This document shows, piece after piece, positions 29,670 through 38,755 of a stretch of 39,886 bases of DNA. The translations under genes and the position numbers were made by a program. The number at the start of each line of letters is the position of its first letter. Position 1 is the stretch's first letter. The stretch lies in assembly GCA_043753995.1 (NCBI GenBank), contig JAYUVP010000274.1, forward strand, positions 1-39,886, given 5' to 3'. The stretch is from Fibrobacterota bacterium (lineage in GTDB: Bacteria; Fibrobacterota; Fibrobacteria; UBA11236). The notes under the pieces were generated by a model. The model was not told where the DNA came from and made no database searches. It saw nothing but the letters and a program-made list of their open reading frames with translations.

Positions 29670-31271
29670 TTGGCCTTCCATCGGAGGAAATCCACCTTGG
29701 CACCACCACGCGGTAGGCCTTCCGTTAAGAAAGCCTCGGATAAGCCTAAGGAACATTTTGTAGAAAACGCCAATTCCCCCTCTGCGCCGGAAGGCGAAGA
29801 GAACGAGTTGCGTCGACGCCATGAACAGGCCGTACGGGCCGCCGAGGGCATACCCATGAGCAGACATTCCTCCCGTCATGATCGCCAGGATCGCCACGAT
29901 CGGCATGAACGCCACGATAGTAGGCGCGATCGCGAAGAGCCCAAGGAAGATCCCGAAGAGGGAACGCTATCGGGTTCCGATACCCAAGAAATTCAGGGTG
30001 GCTGGACCTTGGCCGATGCTAAGACCCGCTGGAATGACCTGAAAAAATTGGGGATGAAGGAGCTCATCAACAAAGGCCTTGAACTGCAAATTCAAGACCC
30101 ACGTTCATTGCGCAAGCAGGCCCTGATTTTCGCCGTCCTGGAAAAAGAAACGGGCGGCAATGCGCATATTTATGCCGAGGGTGTGCTCGAAGTCATGGAC
30201 GAGGGCTATGGCTTTTTGCGCTCCCCGGATCACAGCTATGTGGCCGGTCCCGACGACGTCTATGTCTCGACGACTCAAATCAAACGCTTCGGTCTCAATA
30301 CCGGCGACGTGATTTCGGGTCTGGTCCGAGCCCCCAAGGAAAACGAGCGCTATTTTGCCCTGCTGCGTATTCAGCGCGTCAATGGTGATGAGCCTGAGAA
30401 ATGCAAAGACCGCGTCAGCTTCGACAATTTGACGCCCTTGCACCCGGATCAAACCTTCAATCTCGAATACGACAATGCCGAAATGAGCACGCGCATCATG
30501 AACTTGTTCACTCCGGTGGGCAAGGGTCAGCGCGGCCTCATCGTCGCTCCGCCGCGTGCGGGTAAGACCATATTGCTGCAGAGCATTGCCAATGCCATCG
30601 TCAAAAACCATTCCGAAGTACGGTTGATGGTTTTGCTCATCGACGAGCGCCCCGAAGAAGTCACGGACATGCGCCGCAATGTGCCGGCCGAAGTGTTCAG
30701 CTCGACTTTCGACGAACCGCCTGAACGTCATATTCAAGTCGCCAATATGGTGATTGAAAAAGCCCGCCGCCTTGTGGAGCATGGGCAAGATGTCGTGATT
30801 CTGCTCGACTCCATCACCCGTCTAGCTCGCGCGCACAACGTGGTGATTCCGCATTCCGGTAAAATCTTGTCGGGTGGTGTCGACGCCATGGCCTTGCAAA
30901 AGCCCAAGCGCTTTTTCGGTTCGGCTCGCAATATTGAATTCGGTGGCAGTTTGACCATTATCGCCACGGCCCTGATTGAAACCGGCAGCCGCATGGACGA
31001 AGTGATTTTCGAAGAGTTCAAAGGCACCGGCAATATGGAATTGATACTCGATCGCCGTATCGCCGAAAAACGCATTTGGCCGGCCATCGACGTCTTCAAG
31101 TCAGGCACTCGCAAAGAAGAGCTTTTACTCAAGCCCGACGATTTGCGTCGCGTCTGGGTCTTGCGCCGTTATTTACAAGATCTCTCGCCTGTGGAAATCA
31201 TGGAATTCATGGCCGAGAAGCTCAAAGGCACCAAGAACAATAAAGAATTCCTGGATTCGATGAATGGTTGA
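29670..31271 (+). CDS. rho: Transcription termination factor Rho with charged N-terminal extension
   Basis: 'GYGFLRS', 'DVYVS', '[17 protein letters not shown]', '[11 protein letters not shown]', '[10 protein letters not shown]'; start is TTG 29670 or ATG 29856. Confidence 0.97.
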   Translation: MAFHRRKSTLAPPRGRPSVKKASDKPKEHFVENANSPSAPEGEENELRRRHEQAVRAAEGIPMSRHSSRHDRQDRHDRHERHDSRRDREEPKEDPEEGTLSGSDTQEIQGGWTLADAKTRWNDLKKLGMKELINKGLELQIQDPRSLRKQALIFAVLEKETGGNAHIYAEGVLEVMDEGYGFLRSPDHSYVAGPDDVYVSTTQIKRFGLNTGDVISGLVRAPKENERYFALLRIQRVNGDEPEKCKDRVSFDNLTPLHPDQTFNLEYDNAEMSTRIMNLFTPVGKGQRGLIVAPPRAGKTILLQSIANAIVKNHSEVRLMVLLIDERPEEVTDMRRNVPAEVFSSTFDEPPERHIQVANMVIEKARRLVEHGQDVVILLDSITRLARAHNVVIPHSGKILSGGVDAMALQKPKRFFGSARNIEFGGSLTIIATALIETGSRMDEVIFEEFKGTGNMELILDRRIAEKRIWPAIDVFKSGTRKEELLLKPDDLRRVWVLRRYLQDLSPVEIMEFMAEKLKGTKNNKEFLDSMNG

Positions 31272-32079
31272 GTTTCGCTCCATAGGCGTGCTGGGCATAG
31301 GCAATATGGGCGGAGCCCTGGTGCGCGGTCTTCTGCGCGCGGGCATTGCCGATGCAGCCAATATTGTCATTTACGACGCGCATTCCGGCGCTATGGATGC
31401 CTTGGCCGCTGAATTGGGCGTCAAGCCTGCCGAAGGCGCGGGCGAGCTTTTCCGACAATGCGAGGTCGTGGTTCTCGCCGTGAAACCCCAGATTTTTCAT
31501 CACATTGCTCCCGGTTTGAAACCATCGGGAGCCGTGGGCGATCGTATCGTGCTCAGCGTCATGGCTGGCGTCCCAGGGGCTTTGCTCCGGGGTTATTTTC
31601 CGCCCACCTGGAAAATTGTGCGCGTCATGCCGAATCTTCCGCTTTCCGTGGGGGATGGTGCCACGGCCATTGAAACCGATGGCCATTCGGAAGGCACCCT
31701 GCTTTTGGCCGAGCGTATTTTCACCGCTTGCGGCGTGACCGTGCGGGTGTCGGCCAATCAAATGGACGCCGTAACCGGCTTGTCCGGTAGCGGTCCCATG
31801 TATGTCTTTGAATTCATCGAAGGCATGGTGGCCGGTGGCGTGAAAGCCGGTTTGCCTCGGCAAACCGCCATGGATTTGGTTTTACAAACCATTCGCGGAG
31901 CCTTGCACCTGGTTCAGGAAAGCGGCGAACATCCTTCGGAGTGGACAGCACGGGTTTGTTCTCCTGGCGGGACAACCATCCATGCCCTGCATGTTTTGGA
32001 AAGCCATGGCTTCAAGGCATCCCTGATTTCAGCCGTCGAAGCAGCCGTGGCGCGCTCAAAAGCTCTGTCTCAGAGCTAA
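31264..32079 (+). CDS. proC: Pyrroline-5-carboxylate reductase
   Basis: 'GIGNMG', 'LAVKPQ', 'VRVMPN', 'SGSGP', 'VCSPGGTT'. Confidence 0.96.
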   Translation: MVEFRSIGVLGIGNMGGALVRGLLRAGIADAANIVIYDAHSGAMDALAAELGVKPAEGAGELFRQCEVVVLAVKPQIFHHIAPGLKPSGAVGDRIVLSVMAGVPGALLRGYFPPTWKIVRVMPNLPLSVGDGATAIETDGHSEGTLLLAERIFTACGVTVRVSANQMDAVTGLSGSGPMYVFEFIEGMVAGGVKAGLPRQTAMDLVLQTIRGALHLVQESGEHPSEWTARVCSPGGTTIHALHVLESHGFKASLISAVEAAVARSKALSQS

Positions 32080-32143
32080 GGGCTCCGGCCCGTAAAGGGC
32101 ACTCCATTTTCAAGTCATTTGCATACCTAGGTCTCGGCTAGGG

Positions 32144-32149
32144 TATAAT
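32144..32149 (+). promoter_or_regulatory. Consensus -10 (TATAAT) just upstream of GTG 32155
   Basis: Perfect TATAAT; TTGCAT 19 bp upstream. Confidence 0.45.
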
Positions 32150-32154
32150 GGCTT

Positions 32155-33852
32155 GTGTCTCAAATCCCTCAAAACCCACAACGTTGTCACGTCGCGGTCA
32201 CCCAGGTCCTGGGGGAAATTAGGGGCGCTAGCGCCTTTGCCTTTGCCCTTGGCATTGGCTTGTTTGCTTGGCATCTAGTCTGGCCCAATTCGGCCGCCGC
32301 CAAAATGCCCACCGCCGTGTGGCATGTCGCTGTTTCCGGACAAGACTCCTTATTTAGCGAGGGGTTGGCGCGAGACCTTTCTCAGGCCTTGGCTGAGGAC
32401 ACCTCGTTAAAAGTTTTTGATGCCCGACGGCGGGGCGGTGGCTTGCTCGACAGCCTGTATGCGAAATCACCCAATCCGAAGGTGGAAAGGCTGCGGGAGG
32501 CCTTGCCTCCGAAAATAGACCTCGCCATTGCCGTCGATTGCCGTCCCCTGGAAAACAGCCTTGCTTGTCGCATTGAGGGTCGCTTTCTCGCCTTTGCTGA
32601 TAAAAGCGTGGTGGATACCGGGCAATATTCCTTAGAAGCCCTGGTGCAACGCCGGCTTTTTGGTGCTTGTCTAGCGCGTCGCTGGCGCGAAAACTGGCGA
32701 GAAACCAAAGCGGATTGGCCCGCCATTACCCTTTTGGTTTTAAAAAAACCGGCTCTACCTGCCCGCCTCTTGCGTGATTTGGAAATCCTGACCGAGGGCC
32801 CCATTACCCACATTCCTCCCGGCTCGACCTTAGAAACAGGCGATATGGGGGCACCCATAGTGGCCAACCGTGATCGCGTGGATTATTTGCTTTATCCCGC
32901 CGGTGTTTATGCCTATCCCTTGCCGAATGTCCTGCAATTGTTGCGCGGCACTCTCGGTGTGTGGCATAAGCGCGATACCAATACCATCGCCGCGAGGCTT
33001 TGGCAAACCACCCGCTTGGATTCTTCCAATTTGGTTTGGCGCACCTTAGGCAAAATGGCGGCCTTGGATTCCACCAATTTGCTGTGGAAATCCCTGGGCG
33101 CGGCAAATGTGCTCGACTCGCAAAATATCGTTACCCGCCAGTTACGTGCCTTGGCCGGTACCGATAGCGGTAATCTCCTCTTGAAATCCCTGTCGCGTCT
33201 CGCCGCTTTGGATACCGGCAATTTGGTTTGGCGCGGCATTGCCCAGGTTGGAACCCTAGACTCCAACAATGTCCTTTGGCGCAAGCTTGGCCAGGTTGCC
33301 AGCCTCGACAGTGGCTTGCTCTGGCGTCAACTCGGCATGCTCGCATTTCAAGACAGCTCGGTTTTGCTCACGCCTTCGTGCGTTTTACGTGGGCAACCTG
33401 AAATTTTACTGCTCAAGCATCAAGGCAGCGAAACCACCTTGGAGCTCGTGCAGGGAAATTTGGCAGTCACGCCCCTATTAAGCAGCCAGGGTTCACAACG
33501 CATGACCGATCTTCAGCAAGGCGCGACCCGTGGTTTTGCCCTGGGGATTTCGCGCCTGACGGAAAGCCGGGCGGAAAAAGTTTCCGCCGAATTAGCCGCT
33601 GTCGCCGAACTGAAAAGTGGAAAGTCCCTGTCCCAATTACTTCCCGGCCAATTGTTCTCAAATGAGGGCGTTCAACCTGCCTTGACTCTGGACATCCAAG
33701 ATTTCATCGCGAATGAATTGACCTCGGTCGACATCCACCCCGATCGCCTGGGGCCATTGCCTTGGGATGCTGCCGGTGCTTTACCCCCCATGCCCTCAGG
33801 AAAAAATGAAGCGGGTTGTTACCTGTGCCTGCCTAATCGCCTCGGTCCTTAG
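32155..33852 (+). CDS. Exported/membrane-anchored protein with FecR-like motifs and a tandem 16-aa repeat array
   Basis: N-terminal hydrophobic segment; 'PGSTLETG' and 'LLTPSCVLRG...TTLELVQGNLAV' resemble FecR halves; repeats LDSxNLxWRxLGxxAx. Confidence 0.7.
   Translation: MSQIPQNPQRCHVAVTQVLGEIRGASAFAFALGIGLFAWHLVWPNSAAAKMPTAVWHVAVSGQDSLFSEGLARDLSQALAEDTSLKVFDARRRGGGLLDSLYAKSPNPKVERLREALPPKIDLAIAVDCRPLENSLACRIEGRFLAFADKSVVDTGQYSLEALVQRRLFGACLARRWRENWRETKADWPAITLLVLKKPALPARLLRDLEILTEGPITHIPPGSTLETGDMGAPIVANRDRVDYLLYPAGVYAYPLPNVLQLLRGTLGVWHKRDTNTIAARLWQTTRLDSSNLVWRTLGKMAALDSTNLLWKSLGAANVLDSQNIVTRQLRALAGTDSGNLLLKSLSRLAALDTGNLVWRGIAQVGTLDSNNVLWRKLGQVASLDSGLLWRQLGMLAFQDSSVLLTPSCVLRGQPEILLLKHQGSETTLELVQGNLAVTPLLSSQGSQRMTDLQQGATRGFALGISRLTESRAEKVSAELAAVAELKSGKSLSQLLPGQLFSNEGVQPALTLDIQDFIANELTSVDIHPDRLGPLPWDAAGALPPMPSGKNEAGCYLCLPNRLGP
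33016..33360 (+). repeat. Intragenic tandem repeat, seven units of about 48 bp (16 aa)
   Basis: LDSSNLVWRTLGKMAA/LDSTNLLWKSLGAANV/LDSQNIVTRQLRALAG/TDSGNLLLKSLSRLAA/LDTGNLVWRGIAQVGT/LDSNNVLWRKLGQVAS/LDSGLLWRQLGMLAF. Confidence 0.9.
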
Positions 33853-34963
33853 CGCCTTTGCGGAAGAGGAAGAAGTGCAGCCACAAGGAGTGCCCTGGAT
33901 TATTCATTCGGAATTCGGCGGATATAATTTGCTGAAAGCTCCCAAAAACAGTCCTGGCCAAGAAGGATATCAGCTTCGCTTTCTCAATGGCCTGACCGCC
34001 CAGCCCTGGAGCCTAGTCCTTTTGCATGCCGCCTGGATGTATCGTGAAACCCAAGCACCGGGTTTTTCCAAACCCTATCGCGAGCCCATGCTCTGGGAAG
34101 GCTCGGGAACGGTGGAGCTCCTACCCGGCTTGCTTTTCGCCTGGTTCGGCGTGAATTGGCCCACGAGCTCCGAAAGTGCACCCCTAGGCGATTCGACGGC
34201 CTGGTCGGCCTTTTTAAACGATCATCCCAGCCTTCCCGATGCCGGCATCCTCGCCCCGACCTCGGTGCAAATCGGGGGGGCAGCACGCATTCAAAGCGAT
34301 CCCAACCTGTTTCTCGCGGGCCTATCCTATCAGCGGGCCTCCACCTTTAAAGGAATGCAGGAAAATCACTTTCGCCCACCTTGGATATTGCGCCTAACCT
34401 TCCGCTGCGACATCCCCCTGAGCAATGCCCGGCAGCGCTTGGATTTGAGCGGAACCCTTTTTGGCGCGGAAGAGACCGAGGATGTTCATCAAGCCCATGT
34501 CGAAGGGGCCTTAATGCAAATGCGCTACTCGGCCTGGGGCCTAGGAGGTGATGGGCGCTGGGCCACGGCTTTGGGCCTCAGTGCCAAGTTGAGGGATGCC
34601 AATCGTCGCGTCATGCTCGACATTCCACCTGAGACTATGAAGAGCAATGACAATTTGCAAAGCCTTCATTTTGAAATCGCACGTAACCTGCAAGCGACAT
34701 GGCGGCGCTTCGGCTTCACCGTTTCAAATCATCTTGAAGCACAATGGCGTCCCAAGGACGGTACGGTATATGTGGAAAATGCTTTGGAATGGCGCTTGTT
34801 TCGCCGTGTTTTCCGGGGGCATGGCCTTGAATTGCGCTTTCGCGGCCTAGCGGGGGAGAGCGACGGAGCAGGGTATTATGGAGCCGGTGCCACCGTCCTA
34901 TTCACCTTCCGCCACTTAGGAGTTGAGGATAGCTTGACCGCATCCACAGCCACTCCGCCTTGA
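33806..34963 (+). CDS. Exported protein, putative outer-membrane beta-barrel
   Basis: SD agga; signal peptide MKRVVTCACLIASVLSAFA; many alternating aromatic/hydrophobic strands; overlaps upstream gene by 47 nt. Confidence 0.6.
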   Translation: MKRVVTCACLIASVLSAFAEEEEVQPQGVPWIIHSEFGGYNLLKAPKNSPGQEGYQLRFLNGLTAQPWSLVLLHAAWMYRETQAPGFSKPYREPMLWEGSGTVELLPGLLFAWFGVNWPTSSESAPLGDSTAWSAFLNDHPSLPDAGILAPTSVQIGGAARIQSDPNLFLAGLSYQRASTFKGMQENHFRPPWILRLTFRCDIPLSNARQRLDLSGTLFGAEETEDVHQAHVEGALMQMRYSAWGLGGDGRWATALGLSAKLRDANRRVMLDIPPETMKSNDNLQSLHFEIARNLQATWRRFGFTVSNHLEAQWRPKDGTVYVENALEWRLFRRVFRGHGLELRFRGLAGESDGAGYYGAGATVLFTFRHLGVEDSLTASTATPP

Positions 34964-35008
34964 AGCCCATGCTCTTTGCGCGTTACAATAGAAGGTGAAT
35001 GGAGTGCA

Positions 35009-36541
35009 ATGGAAGACTTACGCAAGTGGTATAAGGGAAGTTTGCCAGCGAGCATTGATGCGCTGAAGGCCGCCCGCAAATCCCTGGCGCAAGGCCCGCA
35101 AGCGTTGGATTCCATCCGTCGCATTGCCCATAGTTTGCGTCAAGCGGCTGCAAGCTATGGCTTCCCCAGCCTCAGCGAAAATGCCCACCAAGTCGAAGAA
35201 AGTTCGCCGGTGGAAATGGGCCTGCGCCTGGACGCCTTATTGCAGGAATTGGCCCGTATTAGTTCCGCCGGCGCCCATTCCGAATTACCGGGCATACTCG
35301 TCGTTGAAAATGACCCCAATATGGCCCGCCTATTGGAGCAAATCCTCGCAGGCTCCGATCGCGAAGTGCTGGTGGCCCGTAGCGGCTCCGAAGCTGAGCA
35401 AATCCTCGGGGAAAAAACCGTTGCCCTCATCGTGCTCGACTTGACCTTGCCCGACACCGACGGGCGCAATTTGCTGATGACCCTTCGCGAGCGCGCCGCA
35501 ACCATGGCCGTTCCGGTCATCGTGCTCTCCGGAATCGGTGGTCCCTTGGCCAAGGCTGAATGCTATGCCCTGGGTGCCGATGCCTTCTTTGAAAAGCCCA
35601 TCGCACCCGATGTCCTTCGCGCTGCGATTTCCGCCCGCCTGCATCGGTCCTTAGAAACGCGTCGCGAATCGCGTCAAGACACACTCACCGGCTTGCCCAA
35701 TCGCGCTGGCTTCGTCGAGAATTTTCGGCGTTATATCTCTCTCGCCGGCCGCCGTCGGGAACCCTTGACCTTGGCCTTACTCGATTGCGATCGCCTCAAG
35801 GTCATCAATGAATCCTTCGGACATGTCATCGGCGATGCGGTACTGCGTCATGCCTCTCGCTGCCTCGCCCGGTGGTTACGTCGCTCTGACCTACTTGCCC
35901 GATGGGATGCTGATAAATTCACCTTGCTTTTTCCCGGCACCACCCTCGAAGGCGCTTGCCGCGCCGTCGATAAGGTTTTGCAAATGTTCGCTCAGGAAAA
36001 GTTTCGCACGCCCGATGGTCGCCCCGTGCCTATTTCCTTTTCCGCCGGCGTTATTTCCGTTGCCACAGACGCCAAGGTCGAAGAATCCATTGCTGAAGCC
36101 GATCGCTTCTTGTATTTGGCCAAGGCCAATGGCCGCGGATGCTGGATGTCCTCCGCCGATTGGAAGCAGCCTCCCCTGGAAAAAGTGCTCTTGGCCGAAG
36201 ACGATCCCCTCATGGCCGAAACCATCACGCATTGCTTAGAACGCGAAGGCCTGCAAGTGGTGCATTGCCCGGACTCCCACTCCGCCGTTCAAGCTGTTCT
36301 CAATATCCCCTTTAAGCTTTGCATTCTTGATTTGCATAAAGCGAATCACAAGGGCCACAGTCTCCTCGGCGAAATACGCCGCCTTTCCATCAAGGACGCG
36401 CCACCGGTGCTCATGCTCACCACACTCGGCCAAAACCAAGAGGTCGCGGTGGGATTCGAACTCGGAGCCGACGATTATTTGGTCAAGCCCTTTTCGCCCT
36501 TTGATCTCATGACGCGCGTGCATCAATTGCTGCGTCGCTGA
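35009..36541 (+). CDS. Response regulator: Hpt-REC-degenerate GGDEF-REC
   Basis: SD ggag, ATG 35009; 'AHSL..AA.SYG', 'IVLDLTLP..DG', 'DTLTGLPNR', 'LLDCDRLKVINESFGH..GD', second REC 'LLAEDD..GADDYLVKPF'. Confidence 0.9.
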   Translation: MEDLRKWYKGSLPASIDALKAARKSLAQGPQALDSIRRIAHSLRQAAASYGFPSLSENAHQVEESSPVEMGLRLDALLQELARISSAGAHSELPGILVVENDPNMARLLEQILAGSDREVLVARSGSEAEQILGEKTVALIVLDLTLPDTDGRNLLMTLRERAATMAVPVIVLSGIGGPLAKAECYALGADAFFEKPIAPDVLRAAISARLHRSLETRRESRQDTLTGLPNRAGFVENFRRYISLAGRRREPLTLALLDCDRLKVINESFGHVIGDAVLRHASRCLARWLRRSDLLARWDADKFTLLFPGTTLEGACRAVDKVLQMFAQEKFRTPDGRPVPISFSAGVISVATDAKVEESIAEADRFLYLAKANGRGCWMSSADWKQPPLEKVLLAEDDPLMAETITHCLEREGLQVVHCPDSHSAVQAVLNIPFKLCILDLHKANHKGHSLLGEIRRLSIKDAPPVLMLTTLGQNQEVAVGFELGADDYLVKPFSPFDLMTRVHQLLRR

Positions 36542-36553
36542 CGTGCAATTTTT

Positions 36554-36826
36554 GTTGGGGGAAGTCTCCCCCTCGGCCAAGCCTCCTCGGCGCTTGGACG
36601 GGGTGGCTGATGTTGCGGCCATGAAAAAGGGCTCGCGGTCCTCGGCCGAATGGCCCAGCCCTGAAGTCACCAGCCTGCGGAGCGAGCCCTTTTTCAGGCC
36701 TCCACCGCCACCCCTCGCCTAGCTCGCGAAGATTCTGGCGAAGGTCTGACTTCTCCCGGGGGTGCACGCCAGGTTGCTTAGCTGGGAAGATCTCCGCGCC
36801 TGTGGGGTCTTGGCCTGCCCCCTCGA
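36554..36826 (-). repeat. About 275-bp structured repeat, copy 2
   Basis: Reverse complement aligns with 10042-10317; long stem tgaaaaagggctcgc/gcgagccctttttca. Confidence 0.9.
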
Positions 36827-37002
36827 TTCGGGTCGAAGCGCTGGGGACGAACGACTCCCTGGAGATTGGGCGCGAAGGCAGTCGGCTTCGCCTTCCTATT
36901 CGCGCCCAGGGCATTTCCCCGGGGAATGGGTTTTCCCCTGGGGCGCAGCGAAGCGCCGACCTGTAGCTTTTTGATCGCTTCGAAGCAGACAGGTGAATGG
37001 CT

Positions 37003-37099
37003 TGGGACGGCGGTGGAGGACTCCGAATGGACTCGCTCCGCAGCGAGCGCAGCGAGTGAGGACCTGCGAGTTCAGTCGGAGTCCTCCACCGCCGTCCCA
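37003..37099 (+). repeat. Palindromic repeat with 24-bp perfect arms, same core as the other repeats
   Basis: tgggacggcggtggaggactccga / tcggagtcctccaccgccgtccca enclosing actcgctccgca-gcgagcgcagcgagt-gaggacctgcgagt. Confidence 0.85.
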
Positions 37100-37110
37100 T
37101 CACAGGCCAC

Positions 37111-37139
37111 AAAAAAACGCTGCCTCTTTCGAAGCAGCG
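37111..37139 (-). terminator. Intrinsic terminator after the peroxiredoxin gene
   Basis: Minus strand: cgctgcttc-gaaa-gaggcagcg followed by 7 T. Confidence 0.85.
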
Positions 37140-37168
37140 CCAATAAAAGCAATAGGGTCGAGCCGAGC

Positions 37169-37762
37169 CTATTTGTTGAAGAAACCGACCACGCCTTCTT
37201 TGGCGTCGCGGCTGCCCTTCATGCCCTTATCGCCCTTATGCCAGTTGGCAGGGCAGACTTCGCCATGCTCTTCGCTGTATTGCAGAGCGTCGACCAGACG
37301 TAATACTTCGTCGACATTACGGCCAATGGGGCGATGATGCACGACCTGAGCTTGCACGATGCCTTTTTTGTCAATCACGAAAGAGGCGCGATAGGTGATG
37401 CCGGCGCCTTCGTCGAGCACATCATAGGCGCGGGCGACGCGCTTGTGAATGTCGGCGATAATCGGGTAGGTGACGCCTTCAATGCCGGCATCGCTTTTCG
37501 GAGTGCGCAGCCAGGCCATGTGGCTATGGGCCGAGTCCACCGAACAACCGAGAACGACGGTATTGCGCGACTCGAAATCCTTCAGCTTCTCTTGGAAAGC
37601 ATGAATTTCGGTGGGGCAGACAAAGGTGAAATCGAGCGGGTAGAAATACAGAACCACGTATTTCTTATCGCGGAAAGAGCTGAGCGTGAGCTTTTCGGTC
37701 TTTTGGCCGATAGCCACATCTTCGGTGAAATCCGGAGCTTCTTTACCTACGAGTACTGCCAT
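37169..37762 (-). CDS. ahpC: 2-Cys peroxiredoxin (AhpC/Prx1 type)
   Basis: 'FYPLDFTFVCPTE', 'GRNVDE', 'GEVCPANW'; SD aagga before ATG 37762. Confidence 0.93.
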   Translation of the reverse strand: MAVLVGKEAPDFTEDVAIGQKTEKLTLSSFRDKKYVVLYFYPLDFTFVCPTEIHAFQEKLKDFESRNTVVLGCSVDSAHSHMAWLRTPKSDAGIEGVTYPIIADIHKRVARAYDVLDEGAGITYRASFVIDKKGIVQAQVVHHRPIGRNVDEVLRLVDALQYSEEHGEVCPANWHKGDKGMKGSRDAKEGVVGFFNK

Positions 37763-37870
37763 GAGCGTCCATCCTTTTCTGGGAGGTGAAAAAAAGTCGA
37801 GAAACGAATATAAAAAAGCCAACTCCGAATCTTCTATCAATTCGGTAGACGATGGATATTAATTGGCTGT

Positions 37871-38623
37871 TTACGTATTTCGCAACAATAAACCAGGCGC
37901 TGGCATTGAAGACAAATCCTGGACGACTTGCCAATGTTGCGCAGACAGTACGCGGGATAAAACGGGCCATAATTCCCTATGGCGAAGCGGTTCCAGAAGC
38001 AGGACGAGGCCGTTTGTAGCGAGATGGGGTCGCCAAACCTCCAGCTTTGCCCCGAAGCCGAAACGATATTCCAGTTCGATTTCGATATTCGGTAGCCTAG
38101 CGGGGGAGGGGTCACTCAATAGTCCGTCGTCATCCCCATGGATTTCGCCGAGGCTATCGGCGCAAAGAATGAAATCATAGGTTGCTTGGGTTTCGAATAG
38201 GTATGTCCCAACGGGCCATAAGGCCTGGGCTTCGATCGCCCAGTCCGTGGCAGCGAGTTCTAGAGCTGGTTTTTGACTTTGCAACCATCGTAAGGCATAG
38301 CCACCTCCTGCTCCGACGTCCAAGAAGCGGCCCCCGGATCCCAGCGTTGCCTGCAAGGTGGCTAAAATACGCGCCAGGCGTTCGAAGCGAAAACTCGCTA
38401 AGAGATCTTCCAGACGGTTTTGATAGCAAAAGGCATAAAATTTCTTCAAGGTGGTTTCCGTGGGATAGGCCACGAAGTTTCGATGAAGGCGGCTGAAGCT
38501 ATCGCCCTGGGTTGGTCCTAATCGCTTGGCGATTTGCTCAAGCACCTCGCCCCAAGTGAGAGGCGAAAGTCCAAGTTGCCGGAGATCGGCTCGAATGCCT
38601 TCTAGGTCGAAATCCGATGTCAT
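37871..38623 (-). CDS. Class I SAM-dependent methyltransferase
   Basis: Motif I 'FLDVGAGGG', 'YDFILC', '[10 protein letters not shown]'. Confidence 0.75.
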   Translation of the reverse strand: MTSDFDLEGIRADLRQLGLSPLTWGEVLEQIAKRLGPTQGDSFSRLHRNFVAYPTETTLKKFYAFCYQNRLEDLLASFRFERLARILATLQATLGSGGRFLDVGAGGGYALRWLQSQKPALELAATDWAIEAQALWPVGTYLFETQATYDFILCADSLGEIHGDDDGLLSDPSPARLPNIEIELEYRFGFGAKLEVWRPHLATNGLVLLLEPLRHRELWPVLSRVLSAQHWQVVQDLSSMPAPGLLLRNT

Positions 38624-38755
38624 GTCTTGTCAAATTACTTGCTTCTAATCTTTGAGATTTGGGGGAGCCAGGGGTATCATGGGCGAGTCCCCCGGGGGTC
38701 GGTTATTACCATTGAGGCGAAGTCATCCCCCTTACCTCCAACCCGTGAGCGTAAT

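Noticed and set aside
33016..33360. 48-bp periodicity as a possible CRISPR array
   Set aside because: In-frame coding repeats, degenerate at synonymous sites, no repeat-spacer alternation, no cas genes
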